64,000 nt of DNA from Octopus bimaculoides (GCF_001194135.2 NC_068984.1:11453815-11517814), one strand, 5' to 3'; shown: positions 38,076 to 52,880, counted from the first letter of the stretch. Made by a program: numbers and translations. Notes: generated from the sequence alone by a model not told the origin.

Positions 38076-39027
38076 GTAAGTTACTTTCCTTTTGATTGAT
38101 GTTTTGAATTTTCTTCACCTTTTCTATTTGCTGCAGAATCAATTTGTAAATTTTCTATGCATGTAAAAAGATACATTTCATTGATGAAATGACATCTAAG
38201 CTTGATTCATTAACCATTGATAATAGATATGTTGCAAATATAGACTTAGTCTGTTTTAAAATAGTCACAGTTCCTTAGAGGTTCTGTTAGTATTAGAAGT
38301 AGTAGTATTGTAGCAAACATTTATATATGTCCTATTTTAATTTGTTAAATTAACTGAGCAATAATCTTGTTGGGCTTTTAGTATAATTTAAAATGCAGTA
38401 TTGCCTCTCATATTGTGTTGGTTCATATTCCTGTAATTTCACACCTGTCTGTATTAGATAAATCACTAACACCAGTGCATACTCTTTATTCTTTTAGAAT
38501 AATTTATGCCTGCCAAGCTAATGCAGTTGGTGTGTCTTAGTGATATTCATATAATCTTAATATCAACAATGCTGGCAGAGCGAGTGTGAAAAAGAACTTA
38601 GTACAGTTTATTGTAACATCAGTGGAGCTGCCATCTCCTTTCTGTTAACAGATGTTTTGTCTTTTTTGTCCATGCTGGTATGGGTTAAATAGGTTCAAAA
38701 TGCAGTATGCCACAGTTTAAAGCGTGTGTTTTTTTTCAATATGATACAAAGTTCTCAAGTCTGCCCTGATTTCATTTTCTCTGGTCTACATCTGCTGCAC
38801 ACTGTGCAAACAAAACCCTGATATTTTAAACAGTGTTTCTTACTACACTATATTGCTGGATTTGTGTAACAGTGCATAAACATGTTTATTGTGGATAGCA
38901 GGACTAAAGAAACTCTTGATGTGACTTGGAGCCTTCCTCACCACAAGAATAAATACAAAAGAGCATATTGTAAAAATATGGCCAAGTTCTTGTTATTACA
39001 TAGTAAACAGGAGCAGTGTATTAAGGT

Positions 39028-39254
39028 TTAACCCTTTAGCATTCAGATTACTTTGTCAAATGTAATGCCACTTATTCACATTGTTTTCAGTTAATCATGC
39101 ATTATTCCATACCTTTGAGATTTCAATGATGTAATTGTATATTTTTAGAATGATATTGTAGGATTGGTGTGAGAGGCTGAATCTAGTCAGTTTGAACATA
39201 AACCATGTAGACTGTTTGGACCGGATGTGGTCAGTTTGAATACTAAAGGATTAA
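39028..39254 (-). mobile_element. piggyBac-type MITE
   Basis: TTAACCCTTTAGCATT ... AATACTAAAGGATTAA. Confidence 0.75.
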
Positions 39255-42200
39255 GTCAGTGACAGAAGATGGTAGCACTATGTAAAGAATAGCTATTGAT
39301 TGATATTTTAAATAACTTTTTTGATAACATCCACCATGAAGTATTAGTTTGTTTGCTTGATGTCAGTTTTTCTATGCTAACAAGGGTTAGGCAGGGAGGT
39401 ACTTGAGGTAGGATTTTTATGGCTGGATGCCCTTACCTGTTTTCCAAGTAATGGAATTTTAAATCTAGAGGAATTTGAAACAAACTTCAGTAGTTTCATA
39501 CCAACTTCAAACAGTGATATCAACATGTGTAACATAACTCACTGCAGATTGAAAACATTCGCATGAAATGACACACTTGCAAGGTATTGTTCTACCAGGG
39601 TCAGTAGTAGAAGACACTGGCCCAAGTTGCTGTACAGTGGGACTGAATCCAAACCCACGTGGTTGAGAAATGAATTTCTTAATCACACAGCCATGCCTAC
39701 ATTTAAAATTATTTCTGAAAATCCATATTGATCCAAATGCCACAATTATTGGAGTAAAATTTCTTTTTCCAATTCTAATTTTTTCCTATTTAACAAGATG
39801 TTTAAGGTATAAACACAAAATTAGTTTAGACTCAGTTGCTAGTCCATTGTCATTTGTCGTATCCCTCTTTTGTCTATTGTTATAGTATACTCTGATCTTT
39901 AGAAATTACTGACTTCTCTGTCTAAACAACTCCATCCATTGCTCTAGTCCCTACATAATATCTATATTGTTCCTTTGTACCTTAAAACTAGTTTGCAAAC
40001 TGCCACTCTGGTCCCGTTTAGTTTCCAATACACTAACCTCTAACCCAACAAGTTCCATATTAACTACACTTACCTCAACTTGACCATCTCTTGTTAGATG
40101 TGACTTTAGAAGACAGGTTTGTTTTATAAAGTTATCCCCTTATCAGTTTTACATTAAAACTTACAAAGACAACAAAGAATTTGGTTATGATTGCAGCCAT
40201 GCAATAGGGGTTGTATGGTCGATCGCAAAACCTTGGTGAAAACAAAAATTTTAGAATCATTGTCAAATATTACTTGGCATTTCATTAAAAATAGTATTAT
40301 AAGTGCATTTAATTTACTTTAAATAAACATTTCTGATTGTGAGAGCATTTTTAATTCCACATTCAATAATTTTGAAGAGTAAATATTACTATACTGTTGT
40401 TTCAATTAACATGCATGACATGTTGCATTTTTGGTGCCCATAAGCTGGATATGTTTGTTCAATCCTTGATAAGCAGTGTTTTAGAATATTTATTTTCACT
40501 GTGGTCTGTGTACGATTGACTTAGTTGACTGACTGTATGACTTCCATTGTATGATTACAACCTCAGCAACTATAACAAAACTAAATATATTTAACATAAT
40601 GTGTTTGTATTGCTATTAATGAATCTGCTAATCACTTGAAACCATAATTTTCTTTTTGCTTCATCATCTAATCCAAGATGACTAATCTATCTCAAGTTTG
40701 ATTCATCTACTCTCTAAGGTTCCTTAGTTTAACTATTCTTCGACATATCTTCCAATCATCAACTCCTTCTGTTCATCATCCATACACTTTATAGATGCAC
40801 GTAGTTGGCTCTTTATAAATTTTCATATACTCCTTCAAACTACAATAATAATGTGAAGCAAAAGAATAAAAAAAATATCATGTGTGGGAATTTATTTTCC
40901 AGCAAGTTTAATTTGCATAAGTGGTCGTAGTTGTATGACGACTTGTCATAGGAACACAATTCCTTTCTGATATTTCAAACTTCATTTGTTGAAAGTAGAT
41001 CTTAGAGACAACAGTTTCAGTTTAGTGTTTCAACATGTACTAAGCTCATCTCATCTTGCAAACTGTTTTATGGTGATGTTTTTTTTTTAACATTGTGGTT
41101 TAGCTGGTTATCTGACTTAAACCTTCTGTTAAGAATACATGATATAGTAGAGTATATAAATCTCTAGTTCCTAAATACTCCAAAAAATGTAACTTTGAAC
41201 TCCTTGAAATCAAACAGTTGTACAATTGTTTGTGTTGTCAGGTATTTTCATTAAACACTTATACTAACCTTTTGTTTATGCATTTTTAAAACTTAGTTGA
41301 TGAATAATTGAAAAGAATTTATTGCTGAATACAGCAATAAATTCTTGTTTGATAGTCTCAGTGCAATTTCCTCTCATGTAGACTCTCATGTCACAAATGA
41401 CAGATGAAGGCTCTGTGATTTCTTGCTGAACAACCTGCACAGATGATTTGTTTCTAATGATCAAATGCTTGTGTTGCACATTAGCTCACCCACTCCATCA
41501 AATCAACATTTCCTGCACAGGGGCACAGTGTGCCAGCAATGTGAGATGAAGTGTTTCACCTGGTCTGGGGATCAAGGCCATGATCCTATGATAGTGAGCA
41601 ACAACCTAACCAGTAGACCACATGCCTATGTACAACATTATTCAACAGTTTCCAGAATGTGCTACATCTTTCAAAATGCAGGAACTTGTAGAATATCATG
41701 TTCTTCTGATATCACCAAAGTAAAACTAATGTCTTGACTAAAATCTATGGGATTACATCCTTCTATACTTTTAAGAAAATTGAAGCTTGAATAAGTGCTT
41801 GTTCATGTGAACTACATTGTGGAAAATATTACCAAAGAAATGGCTTATATGATATTTGTCAGCTTTGCCTTCCACTGATCCTCATCTCTCTGGAGTCAAT
41901 AAAATAAAGCACCAGTCAAATACTGGGGTCAGTAGTAACCCCTTCCCTCAAATTTGTTGGCCTTGTGCCTAAATCAGAAACAATTAGTGAATTGAAATTT
42001 CACAATATTAGGTTAATTAAAAATAGTATTTTTATCAACACTATCATCATCATTAGCTAGTATTTACATAGATTAAAAAGAAATACAATGAAAATAATAA
42101 AATTGCAGTTGATTAATCTATTGGGTTTACTGAACAAGAATAGTTTTACTGCAATGTGTGCTGTATTGTGATGACTGAGCAAATGGAGTTTAATCTTTCT

Positions 42201-44491
42201 GATTTTCAACCAATATCGAAGTTGATTTGCAAATAGCCAATAATTGAACCTAAGGGGCTGCATACCTTCATTTTTATTTACTTTATTTCTTTTTAGTTTT
42301 CACTGATTTTATGTAAATTAGAAATATATTTATTTTTAATTTACTTTGCTATAGTTTTTAATCATTTTACATATGACCATCATAAACAATCTAAATCTAA
42401 TATTTCTATAGATTTTGGCTCGTTGATTTTTTTTTTTTAATGATGTATTAACAAACTCAACATTTTTATTTACAGTTGATATATTGAAGTACATGTTTTT
42501 TTTTTTTATTATTTTAATTTATTAACTGTTCATTACATCCTAATGAACACTGTCCTAGATTTGTAATTTAATTAATTTCATTTACATGTCTACTTTTAGC
42601 TGGCATCTTAGAAAATAAGAATACTACTTGATAAGTCTTTATTGTAGATACAGATTTAAGGATAGTCTATAATGTTTCATTGAAATTATAGATACAAGTC
42701 CTGTTTTAAAAATAACTGCTCTTAGGAATCCTTTTAAATCGAGCAAAAACAAACAAATTATTTAAGAATTTAAAAATAATTTGTGCTTTACCTGTAAACT
42801 GGTTAGGCTGTCCACACCTTTACTAAAAGGTAGCTTCTAATAATAGACAGCTGATTAGCCACATTAGAACATGTAGCATCAAGAAAATTTGTTTGACTGT
42901 AAAACTCTACATCCAAAATGTCCATGATTAGACCATAGCTGGCACACAAAGGAGAAGATATATTTCTAGTTAAATCTGTTTCCCTTTTTATTGATTCATG
43001 TATAGAGATAGACTTAAATTTTTATTTCTTCAAGATGCTGTAACTTGAAAAATTATTTGCTGCTGTTTCCCAAGACATTTTTTTGTCCTCATTAAGCATT
43101 TCATGTATTATATGAAAAATGATCCAATTATGTTTACGTTGGCTGAAAGAATTTCAGGTGTATTCAATATAAAAAGCAGTTAATGCCAAATAATTCTTTG
43201 AAGGTAAGTGTATTTCCTAATTATTTGTTCAATAGACAGCTGTTGGTATTCTTTGAATTAAAAAAAAAAATTAATAAATCACCCTTTGGATCCACCATCT
43301 GAGTAAGAACTTCTCTTCACTATAAACCCTGTATACAGTACATTGGACTGTTCACTTGATGCTTTAAAATGAAGTTTCCATTATTTGGTTTACAAGTACA
43401 ACAGCTTCAACTCCATTTACTTCCCTCTTACTTTGTTTTAGATATCTCCCAATCCTGTCAAGGCTAGGACAGTCTGTTATGTAACATGGCATACAAAATT
43501 TCTAGTTGGTCAGGAAAGTATGGATGAAAAGTAAGATACCTCTGTTCAGATTGCAAGTGTGAGATCTATTATAATCTCATGTCTTACCTTCATCTAAAGA
43601 TTACAAGTAGTTTCCTATCAAATGAATAATTACATAATTAAAAAGATTTTTCTTAAAAAGAAATGCTCTGTAGGGTTAGTATGTAACAACCCTCATAATT
43701 TTTTTAAAATGTATATTGATACTCAAATTGAAGTTTGGTAGGCCAATATACCCCATTATAAATGTTTAAATCAAACCAGTTTCATGTCTTTTCTGAAGAT
43801 TATTAAACAATTACTAAAATTTGGTCTCACTGTATCAGCCTCACCATTCAACAAGAACTTGTGAGAAGCCATAGGCATATCTCTTTCCTCCAGACCAAAC
43901 CAACAATAATTATACAAAGAAATATGTATATAGCCATTTTGACCAAATAGAACTTAACTGTTACTGAATTATTATATCTGCTGCTGCTGCTTATTATTGC
44001 ATTTTTTTAATAATCCTATTTTCTTCTCATAAAGCCATAATTTAATTAAAATTACTCTTTGTTTCACAGATTTACTTTTACAGTAGATGTTCCATATTTC
44101 TCCTTTTGAGTTTTATTTATTCAGTATTTGCACTATCTTGTTTTTGGTCCTTACTCAGCATCAAGTCTTTTTGGTTTTATTTTTATTGTTATTTATAAAT
44201 TAAGTGCTGTACTTAAACAATTTTTCAGCACTTCATCTTTGATTACTGGACCATTTACTGTACAAAAAAATATGAAGGATTACATTTTTTTTAATTATCA
44301 TCTACCTTTAGGTGTTTATGAAGAATATTATACTGTGATGGATTTTACATATCACACTTGCAGATTTGAATAAATTAGAATAAATTCAAATTTTTAAATG
44401 AAATTTTAATTTTATTTTCATTTTCTTAAGTATTTTCTTCCAGATTGTAGCACTATATCTTATGGAGAATTTTCTTTTTTACCTTCATTAG

Positions 44492-44717
44492 AAAACAAAA
44501 GGAACTGGAAGAAAAATTGATAGAAGAGGAAGTAGCTAGGCGTGTAGAAGAGCTTGTGGCTAAAAGAGTTAATGAAGAGCTTGAGAAACGTAAAGATGAA
44601 ATTGAAGCTGAGGTGATGCGACGGGTAGAAGAAGCAAAACGAATAATGGAGAAACAAATGCTTGAAGAATTAGAAAGACAACGCCAAGCTGAACTTGAAG
44701 CACAACGTCAAAAGGAG
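44492..44717 (+). CDS. ARGLU1: ARGLU1 exon 3 (Glu-rich coiled coil)
   Basis: cattag|A AAA CAA... encodes [75 protein letters not shown], donor gtattg. 226 nt. Confidence 0.97.
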
Positions 44718-45022
44718 GTATTGCAAAGTTTCAGCTTTTATTTTTCTTTGCTGTTTTCCCCTCAGTTTGGTTTACTTTTCATATTTTACTCTCCAGTTCC
44801 CTAAAGAAAAACATCAGTAACTATTGTATTGATTTTTTTTTTTGTCTTATAAATTCTAAAATTGATGATCACTTTAGGCTACATTTTGTTTTAAAATGTC
44901 TTGTCAAAGTCCTGAAGCTATGTGTGTTTTGGTAATCTTGTAAATTGCTTTTCACTTAAAATTGTTATGGCTTTGGTCCCTTCAAAATTTTCTTTTTACT
45001 ATTATATATCTACTTAAGTAAA

Positions 45023-45150
<128 letters not shown>

Positions 45151-46453
45151 AAATTAAAATTAGGTCAGCTATATTGCAGTATTTTCATAATTAATAGTTA
45201 ATTAGTTTCCCAAAGAAAGAAAGGCTTATTATTTAATTCTATATTGAAAAATGCCAAAACCATAAGTGATTAGGACTTGGTAACACATTTACTAAATTTA
45301 TGTAGGTATTTTAAATTGGGAAGGAAAAAAAAAGTTGTTTTTTTTTTTATTTATTTTTTATTACAAGGAAGAAATTAAGAGTTCTTCTATTTCTTTCTCT
45401 CTACTTCCTATGATAATTCATTTTTAGGTTGATATAGTTAAAAAGCTTTATTCTGAAAAAAAAAAAAATCATCTCTATCCTGAATGTGAACTGTTTTATT
45501 GGACATTTCTGTTCATAACTCTCTTGTTACCGTATTTCTAATAAAATACACTGCCTGTCATTTTTTTTGATTAATTTGAAGGATTTAGTAAAATATAAGT
45601 AACATTTTTATAACTTATATGTTCTACATAAAACTACATGGAGGGTTCAATTTTAAATATAAGCAACTTAAAAATGAACAGTTTTATATTAGAGACAGTT
45701 TCAGGCAATTTGGTGTCCAAAGAGTTGAACTTAAAGAAGGAATAAAAGTACTTCCTTGTTGATAGGATTGTGTAACAGTTCTTAACGCACACACATGCAA
45801 TTTGTATTTTGATCTTTTCTAAAAGGATTCTCTCAGAACTTTAAAACACAATGTAGGAATATTTTTGAAAGAAACAGTAAACATTACAAAGCAAATAGTA
45901 TTGCCATTATTAAATTGCATTTTGATTTCAAATTCACAAACCATAAACTTTTTTTCAATAGTGGAAAGAGTTTGATGTACATAATTTAAAAGAAAGAAAT
46001 TTTCTTTTAAAATAAAATCTCATCTCTTTTCACATGTATCTTATTTGCACACAGTTTTTGATTGTTCACAATTCTTGTATTATAGATGGTTTTTATCTTT
46101 TTTTTTCTCTCCCACTTCTTCAATCTGTAAAAGTTCAGTAATAGTATTGATAATTATTGACCTGTATAATTTAAAATGTCATTTATGAACAATAAATGGC
46201 TCTGGCTGACAAATTAAATGTTGGCTCTATAATTCAATGCTAGCCTAGTTGTGTAAAGTTGTAAATGGAATGAAAAATGTGAGGGGAAATAGGCAAGGAA
46301 TCTTTTAACTGGCAGTTTATCCCCTTCCTTTCTATAACATTAAATTTGTCTTAAAATATTTAATATCAATGTTGGTTTTTCTTTTCAATTCCTTCCAATA
46401 AGATGGTTGCAGTGTTCTTTTCCTCAAGGCTGTCTCAAAGATTTCAATACATG

Positions 46454-46506
<53 letters not shown>

Positions 46507-46511
46507 GTGTG

Positions 46512-46543
<32 letters not shown>

Positions 46544-48563
46544 TATATAATATCCTGGTTCCCTTTTTCTATTCAGAATGACATTTTGTTAGTTAGTTTC
46601 AAGTTTTTGATTTCCAAATTGTTTTTATATATTCTCACCCCTTTTAATGGAATTTGAAACAACACCCATTACAACTGATTACATATTTTCCTTTTTGTGG
46701 TTTTTGCTGATTTGGTCAAAATTTATCAACATTATTTTAGCAGTGAATATGAAAATAATGCCCAGAGCCCAGATTCATATCCTATTCAAATTGTTTCAAT
46801 TTTGAAATAATATTCCCACTTTTACTGTCCTTTTTTTTTTTCATTGCAAACATTTTTGTTAGCTTTTAACAGTCTTGTTCTTCGTAAACCTCAAGCATTT
46901 TATTGATAATTTCATTATAATTTTTAGTAGGCTCAGTTAACGATCTTGTCGTATTTTCTCTCACGTTTTTCAAACCAAAGTCTGTTATCTAAATTAACTT
47001 ATGTTAATGTCTTAATTATTTGTATTTGTTAGTTTTCTGGTTACTTCACTTGTGAAACTGGTTATGTACACCTTCTGGTGTTGAAGCTCTTTCTCTCTAT
47101 TTTGTATGAATGGTTGATGTAAGTATGCAAGTGGCTCTTTTTTTTTTTTTTTTTTAGTTCACAGCAAAATTAGAATCTGCATCAGTAAAGACCATTTAAT
47201 CTTTTAAGTTTCATTTTGTTTGTAAATTTAATTGAGGATAGTCTCTCTCTTTAGTTTGAATGGCTGATGTATTACACTACTTTTGCTTCACATTAGTCTT
47301 CTATCATTGGTAGCTCTATTCTGACATAATTGAGTGCTACTCTGTGAAATGAGGAATATTTGTTTTAATAATGGTTGCAATGATACAGATTCTATCTTCT
47401 TCCCAAGTAGAAAATCTTGTTCAAGAGACAGCTTTTTCCTTAAAGAAATTGTAGAAATTCCTTAAGGCTTAAATTAACGAGTTTCAATTTCTTTTTATTT
47501 TAATTTGGTAGGAAACTTTATAAACTGGAATTGTTTGATTTGTTGCAATACATATGTTGGTTTCTTAAAATTTGCTTCCTCTTTGGATTGCAGAACTCAA
47601 CTAAACTCAAGAGCTTTGCTTAACAATTTGAAGTTTCTGATAAATGATAGTTTCTGAATGGTGTCATAGGTGCAATGTCATGGTACTGTTTTTATGTCTT
47701 GAATCCATCTGCTTTTGCATTGGCTTTTTTTCTCCTCATTTTTTCATTTATTGGACTTTTGGCTGTTGAACTGTACATCCTTACCAATATTCATACAATG
47801 TGCTAAACAGTTATATTGTTGCTTTCTTTTTTTATTTTATGAAGAATAAGTTACATGCTGGAAAATATAAAAGAGCATGGAAACTGTTAATGTATTTGAA
47901 CTTCAGTTTTTATTCTGAAAGGATTAATATAGATCCTAAAATTAACAATTGAAATTTTCCATTCTCGTTTACATAACTCAAAAATTGAGTACATTTCCAG
48001 CTGAAAATGTTAGGTTTCCAATTTGTGAATGATTTCTTTAAGCAGAAAGCTGTTTCTTGACATCTCTTTGTAAGTATTGTTATTGATTGAGCAATTCTGC
48101 TCTCATGTGTACATGCTATATTTTGGCCACACATATATCGGCATAAGTTAACTGGAACAATCATTAGGTTCCTAATGCCGTCAGACCTAATGAGAACATT
48201 TTTTTACAGTATTCAATGATGCATTTCCAGTAAAATAAACCATACCATTGGATTCCTGCTGAAAAGATATAAAAGATTGGATATTCACACAGCTGAGGAA
48301 GTATGTAAAGTTTACACAGCCATAATTCCCTTCTGTCCTTGCTCCCTTAAATTGTTGTTTGCCCATTCTGATCTAAATGGTGCGTTCATCTCTTGTACTT
48401 CAGGGTTTAATATTACTCTATTTAGCTTTGAATTTTCTTGACGTTATTAATAACATCTTTTCACAGATTGTCCATTCCATTGCATTGCAAGTTCTTGGCA
48501 CTGGTACTTAGAATATACTTTAAAATACATGGAATTTCTTCATCCGATTTTCGTTCACTCTCT

Positions 48564-48566
<3 letters not shown>

Positions 48567-48612
<46 letters not shown>
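48567..48612. repeat. Poly-T run of about 46 nt
   Basis: Direct reading. Confidence 0.95.
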
Positions 48613-48615
<3 letters not shown>

Positions 48616-50623
48616 CTTCAGAATAAGTTTTGGTGTGCAATTCAAAAATCTACATGTTAAGGGCTAAAACAATTTCCAAGATGGTTATTTAATGAATGTA
48701 GTTTTGACCATTTTTCAAACAGTGTTAGGAAATTCTCTGCAAATTTCAGCTTGTCAGCCAATTTCTATTCTATTATTGTTTGTTGAGTGTTGCTTCTCTC
48801 TTTTTAGTTTCTTTTTGCTCCTGTCTTTTAATTTTATATTTACATTGTTTCTTTAATTTCCCATCAAACTAATGATAAAAGAAAATGAAGGAATTGTTTT
48901 GTATAGAGATTCATATTTAGACAAAATCTCTCTTAATAGTGTGTTAGTATTTTTTAGTAACAGGAAACCTGATTTAAGAGTGTGCAGATTGCTTCCTTCT
49001 TACACTAACCTGGGAATGTCTGTGTTTTGATATATTGGTTTATAACAAAGGCAATAATCATATGCTTGCCTGATTTATCATTTAGTATCACTAAAAGCAA
49101 CTTCTATTGTAGCCATTACCAGTTACGACATCTATTTATCAGTATAATTTCTTTTATAACAAATGTTAATTATTGAGAGGAGAATAAAAGTAAAGCACCA
49201 AGTCTTACAATATTAGGAATTCCCTTTTTTTAGAAATCAGTGGTAGTTGTAGTAGTTGTAGGAAAGTTTTGTTAATGCCGCTTCTGACACTTTCACTTTA
49301 GAAGACCTAAAGGGATTTTGTTTTGGGTCTTTGGCCAAATCCTTTTCTTCTGTACTATGTATCGACTGCTGAAACAGTTAATACAAGCGTCGTCAATTTT
49401 TCACTGGCCACCTCCTTATAATTACTTGCCCTTTATTACCTGCTGCTGCTGCTACTACCACTGACTGGTGGACAGTTTATTTGGTGTCTAGTTGGGGATT
49501 TTAATGGCTTTGTTTAAATATGAGACAACTGGCTGCTGCTGTGAAGTAAACAGTTTGAAGAGGAAGCATTCCTGGAAGGATATAATCGTGTCATGTGCTA
49601 CAGATGTGTACCTACCTACTCTTGGGTATGTAGAAAGATACTTTTCTATCAATGACGTCACATTATCTGTCAATTCTCCGTGCAATTTGTTTAAACTATT
49701 CTTGGAGTGTAGTAGAAATTACTGCCCACAATGCAATATGTTGGGCTAATCGATTCCTTATCTCTAGGAATATGCATAAAAGTTCAACCAAAATGCTAAT
49801 TCCATACTTATTTTTTTAAAAATTCATGTTTATTATAAAATGTACATTTTTTTTATGATTAATTTCAAATTCTTTAAAGTCCAACTGGTATGTATCTTTT
49901 TATTTTGACCTTTTTTTCCCTCATGACTCTAACATATAAAAAGAAAATATTTATAATAATGTTGAGGTTGAATTGCTATTAGATCTCATGCTGATTCTTG
50001 TGAAAAGGTTTGTAACATTGCTGCTTGTGTTTTTCTTAATTTCTTTCTCAATCTTTTTTTTTTTACTTCTCCCTNNNNNNNNNNNNNNNNNNNNNNNNNN
50101 NNNNNNNNNNNNNNNNNNNNNNNNNNNNNNNNNNNNNNNNAGCTCCTTTGTTTTTTTTCATCAAGAAACATATTTATAAATGAAAAGATGATCGACTCGG
50201 TCATCTGTATTTTACCAAACTATTTTTTTTTCTAGAGTGTTGTTTGAATGTTTGTCTAATGTGATGTGTAGCCTTTTGTAAATTTTTAAAAATAACATCA
50301 AAAAACAAAATTATTATCCCTTGCCTTTCTGTGCTGACAACAACAACAGTAATTTGAAACACCTTTGTTCTCACCCAGCTGTGCTGATGGCCACTGGTGG
50401 TGGTGGTGGTGGCGGCGGTGGTGGGGGGTATAGTGGTTGTGTAACTGCCGCTGGTACTACTGCTGTCGCTGCTGCTACTGCTACTCCTGCTGCTCTACGT
50501 TGAACTCATCCACGGCCTGTTACTTATTGTGTCATAGCTTACAGCTGATTATTTTATTCCTCGTGTATTATACAGTTTGTTTCCTATGCACCTTCGTATG
50601 AACATGGTTATCTGTCTTTGTAG

Positions 50624-50707
50624 GAAGAGGAGCGGAAAAAGCGAGAGGATCTTGAGCGCATAATGGAAGAAAACAATAAAAAAATTGAAGAAGCTCAAAG
50701 AAAATTG
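50624..50707 (+). CDS. ARGLU1: ARGLU1 exon 4
   Basis: ttgtag|GAA GAG GAG... encodes EEERKKREDLERIMEENNKKIEEAQRKL, donor gtaagt. 84 nt. Confidence 0.97.
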
Positions 50708-52603
50708 GTAAGTTGGGGGCTTAGATTGTTGTTTGTCTTGATTTTATTTAAGTAACATGTTAAACATAGAAGTGTGGCTTTAATTCTAATCCAAATACAA
50801 AGTTAGAAATTGCTTAATGATATTAACCTTGGATATTACTAGATGAAATATCCTGGAGTATAAGGTTAGCTCTTTGGTTTTGCAAATATGGCCTTGATGA
50901 AGCATCGTGGATTTTAGGAAAATGGAAACCATATTGATTAAGCCCTGGTTAAAAAAAGGTTTGAGAATGTATTCTCCATTAGCAATGATTTAGTGACTTT
51001 AAAAATGTAATATGGTTGTTGAATCACTTCATGACAGATTTACAGGTGACAATAAAGTATGTCCATAGTTTATATTCAATTCCCAAGAAAACCTTTCATC
51101 ACCTTGCCAACAATCTTCTTATTTCATCCATTTCCAACTCCTTGAATCTCTCTCTCTCTCTCTCTCTTCTAACATCAGTTCCCTTAGTGCCAGATCCACT
51201 GAGACTGTCCAACACGAGAATCTCTTGCTGTGGGTTCATTTCTTGGATAGGTAGCTACACTATTGCAGCTTATATTACAGCTCAATCAACTCCAAATTAC
51301 CCCCCCCCCCACCTGTGTTGTCTCTATATACTTCTATATGCCATTGATCTACTTGCTGTCATCTCCAACAACATGCACTCTTATTTGATCATTAATGGTA
51401 CAATAGCCACTTATATAGTTTTCTTCAGTCATTCATTTACTGCATTGTAATGTCTTTTTCTTAATGGGTCATCAGTACCACCAGCCCATTGCTCAATACC
51501 AACCTCATTTGCACCATGTTCCCAAGGCAAATGCATTTACTAAAAACAGTGTTATTATTAGTGCATGGCAAATTATTTTTCACGCGTTCATATAAGTACA
51601 TTCTAACATTGTGTTGAGAATTTTGTTTGTTGAGGTCTTCCACATTGTATAGGCCCAATCCATGCGGTTTCAAAATACTGTAGGAAAACTTGAGCAAGTT
51701 CTTCAAATCTTCATGTAACATCAACTAGAAGTACAAACACAAGATTTTGAAACCATTTCTTAAAAACAGTGTTTTTTGACTCTCTACTCTTCCAACTGTC
51801 ATGCTGAAATTTTATGATAACAGCACCATCCAGAAGTTGACTAAATGTTTTGTTTTGCATTAATTTTCAAGTGGAAATTCTGTTTTTATTTTCTTACAAG
51901 AATTCATCATCATCATTTACTGTCCGCCCTCCATGCTGGAATATTTAAAATTGCTTTCGGGTTATCATAAACTTGCAGCCCTGCAAGCTTTCACAGTAGC
52001 ATTCTATGTATTAGTCACTGTTTCCTATTTATATCAGAGAGGACAGATTTTATTGTGGTGTGTGACAAGCAGCTGCATCTCATTGACAAGGCCCAAGAAG
52101 GTTGAAACCCATCTGATGTTCTCAGGAGTCATGCTGCAATGATGTTTGCCTTGCTCTGCTATTATATAGTGTTCTTAACATGTCTATGAAAAGATTTCCT
52201 CACAGACAAAGTCCACTGCATCATGCCTTTCTTTGTTGTATATACATTAAGTATGATGCACAAATGGCTAATTTCAATTTAATGTTGGTTCAAGAAACAA
52301 GTGTCATAAGTGTGAAATGTTGTTCAATAAAAATTCATGCTCTACCCTTAATCCCGAGCCTCATGTTAGACCTTACTATCTCTGAGTATGTGGTCTTAGC
52401 TATGTTAGGCATATGTTTTTGCTGGGATCACATCTTATAGCCTGAACCTTCTCTTCAGGGCCAGAACATATGTTCACTTCCAGCAATGACTCTACAAAAC
52501 ACAAGTGATGGCTGACATTGAAGTATTTCTCCCACAGTTGGAGGTGTGTGCTATTGTTTGCACACACTTTTAAAATATGTATCTACACATTTTGTCAAGG
52601 AGC

Positions 52604-52880
52604 CGTCGTCGTTTAACATCCGCTTTCCATGCTAGCATGGGTTGGACGATTTGACTGAGGACTGGTGAAACCAGATGGCTACACCAGGCTCCAATCTGAT
52701 TTGGCAGAGTTTCTACAGCTGGATGCCCTTCCTAACGCCAACCACTCAGAGAGTGTAGTGGGTGCTTTTACGTGTCACCCGCACGAAGGCCAGTCAGGCG
52801 GTACTGGCAACGGCCACGCTCAAAATGGTGCATTTCATGTGCCACCCACACAAGAGCCAGTCCAGGGGCACTGGCAACGA
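52604..52880 (-). mobile_element. Young RTE-type/SINE 3' end
   Basis: Reverse complement nearly identical to 18040-18312. Confidence 0.85.
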
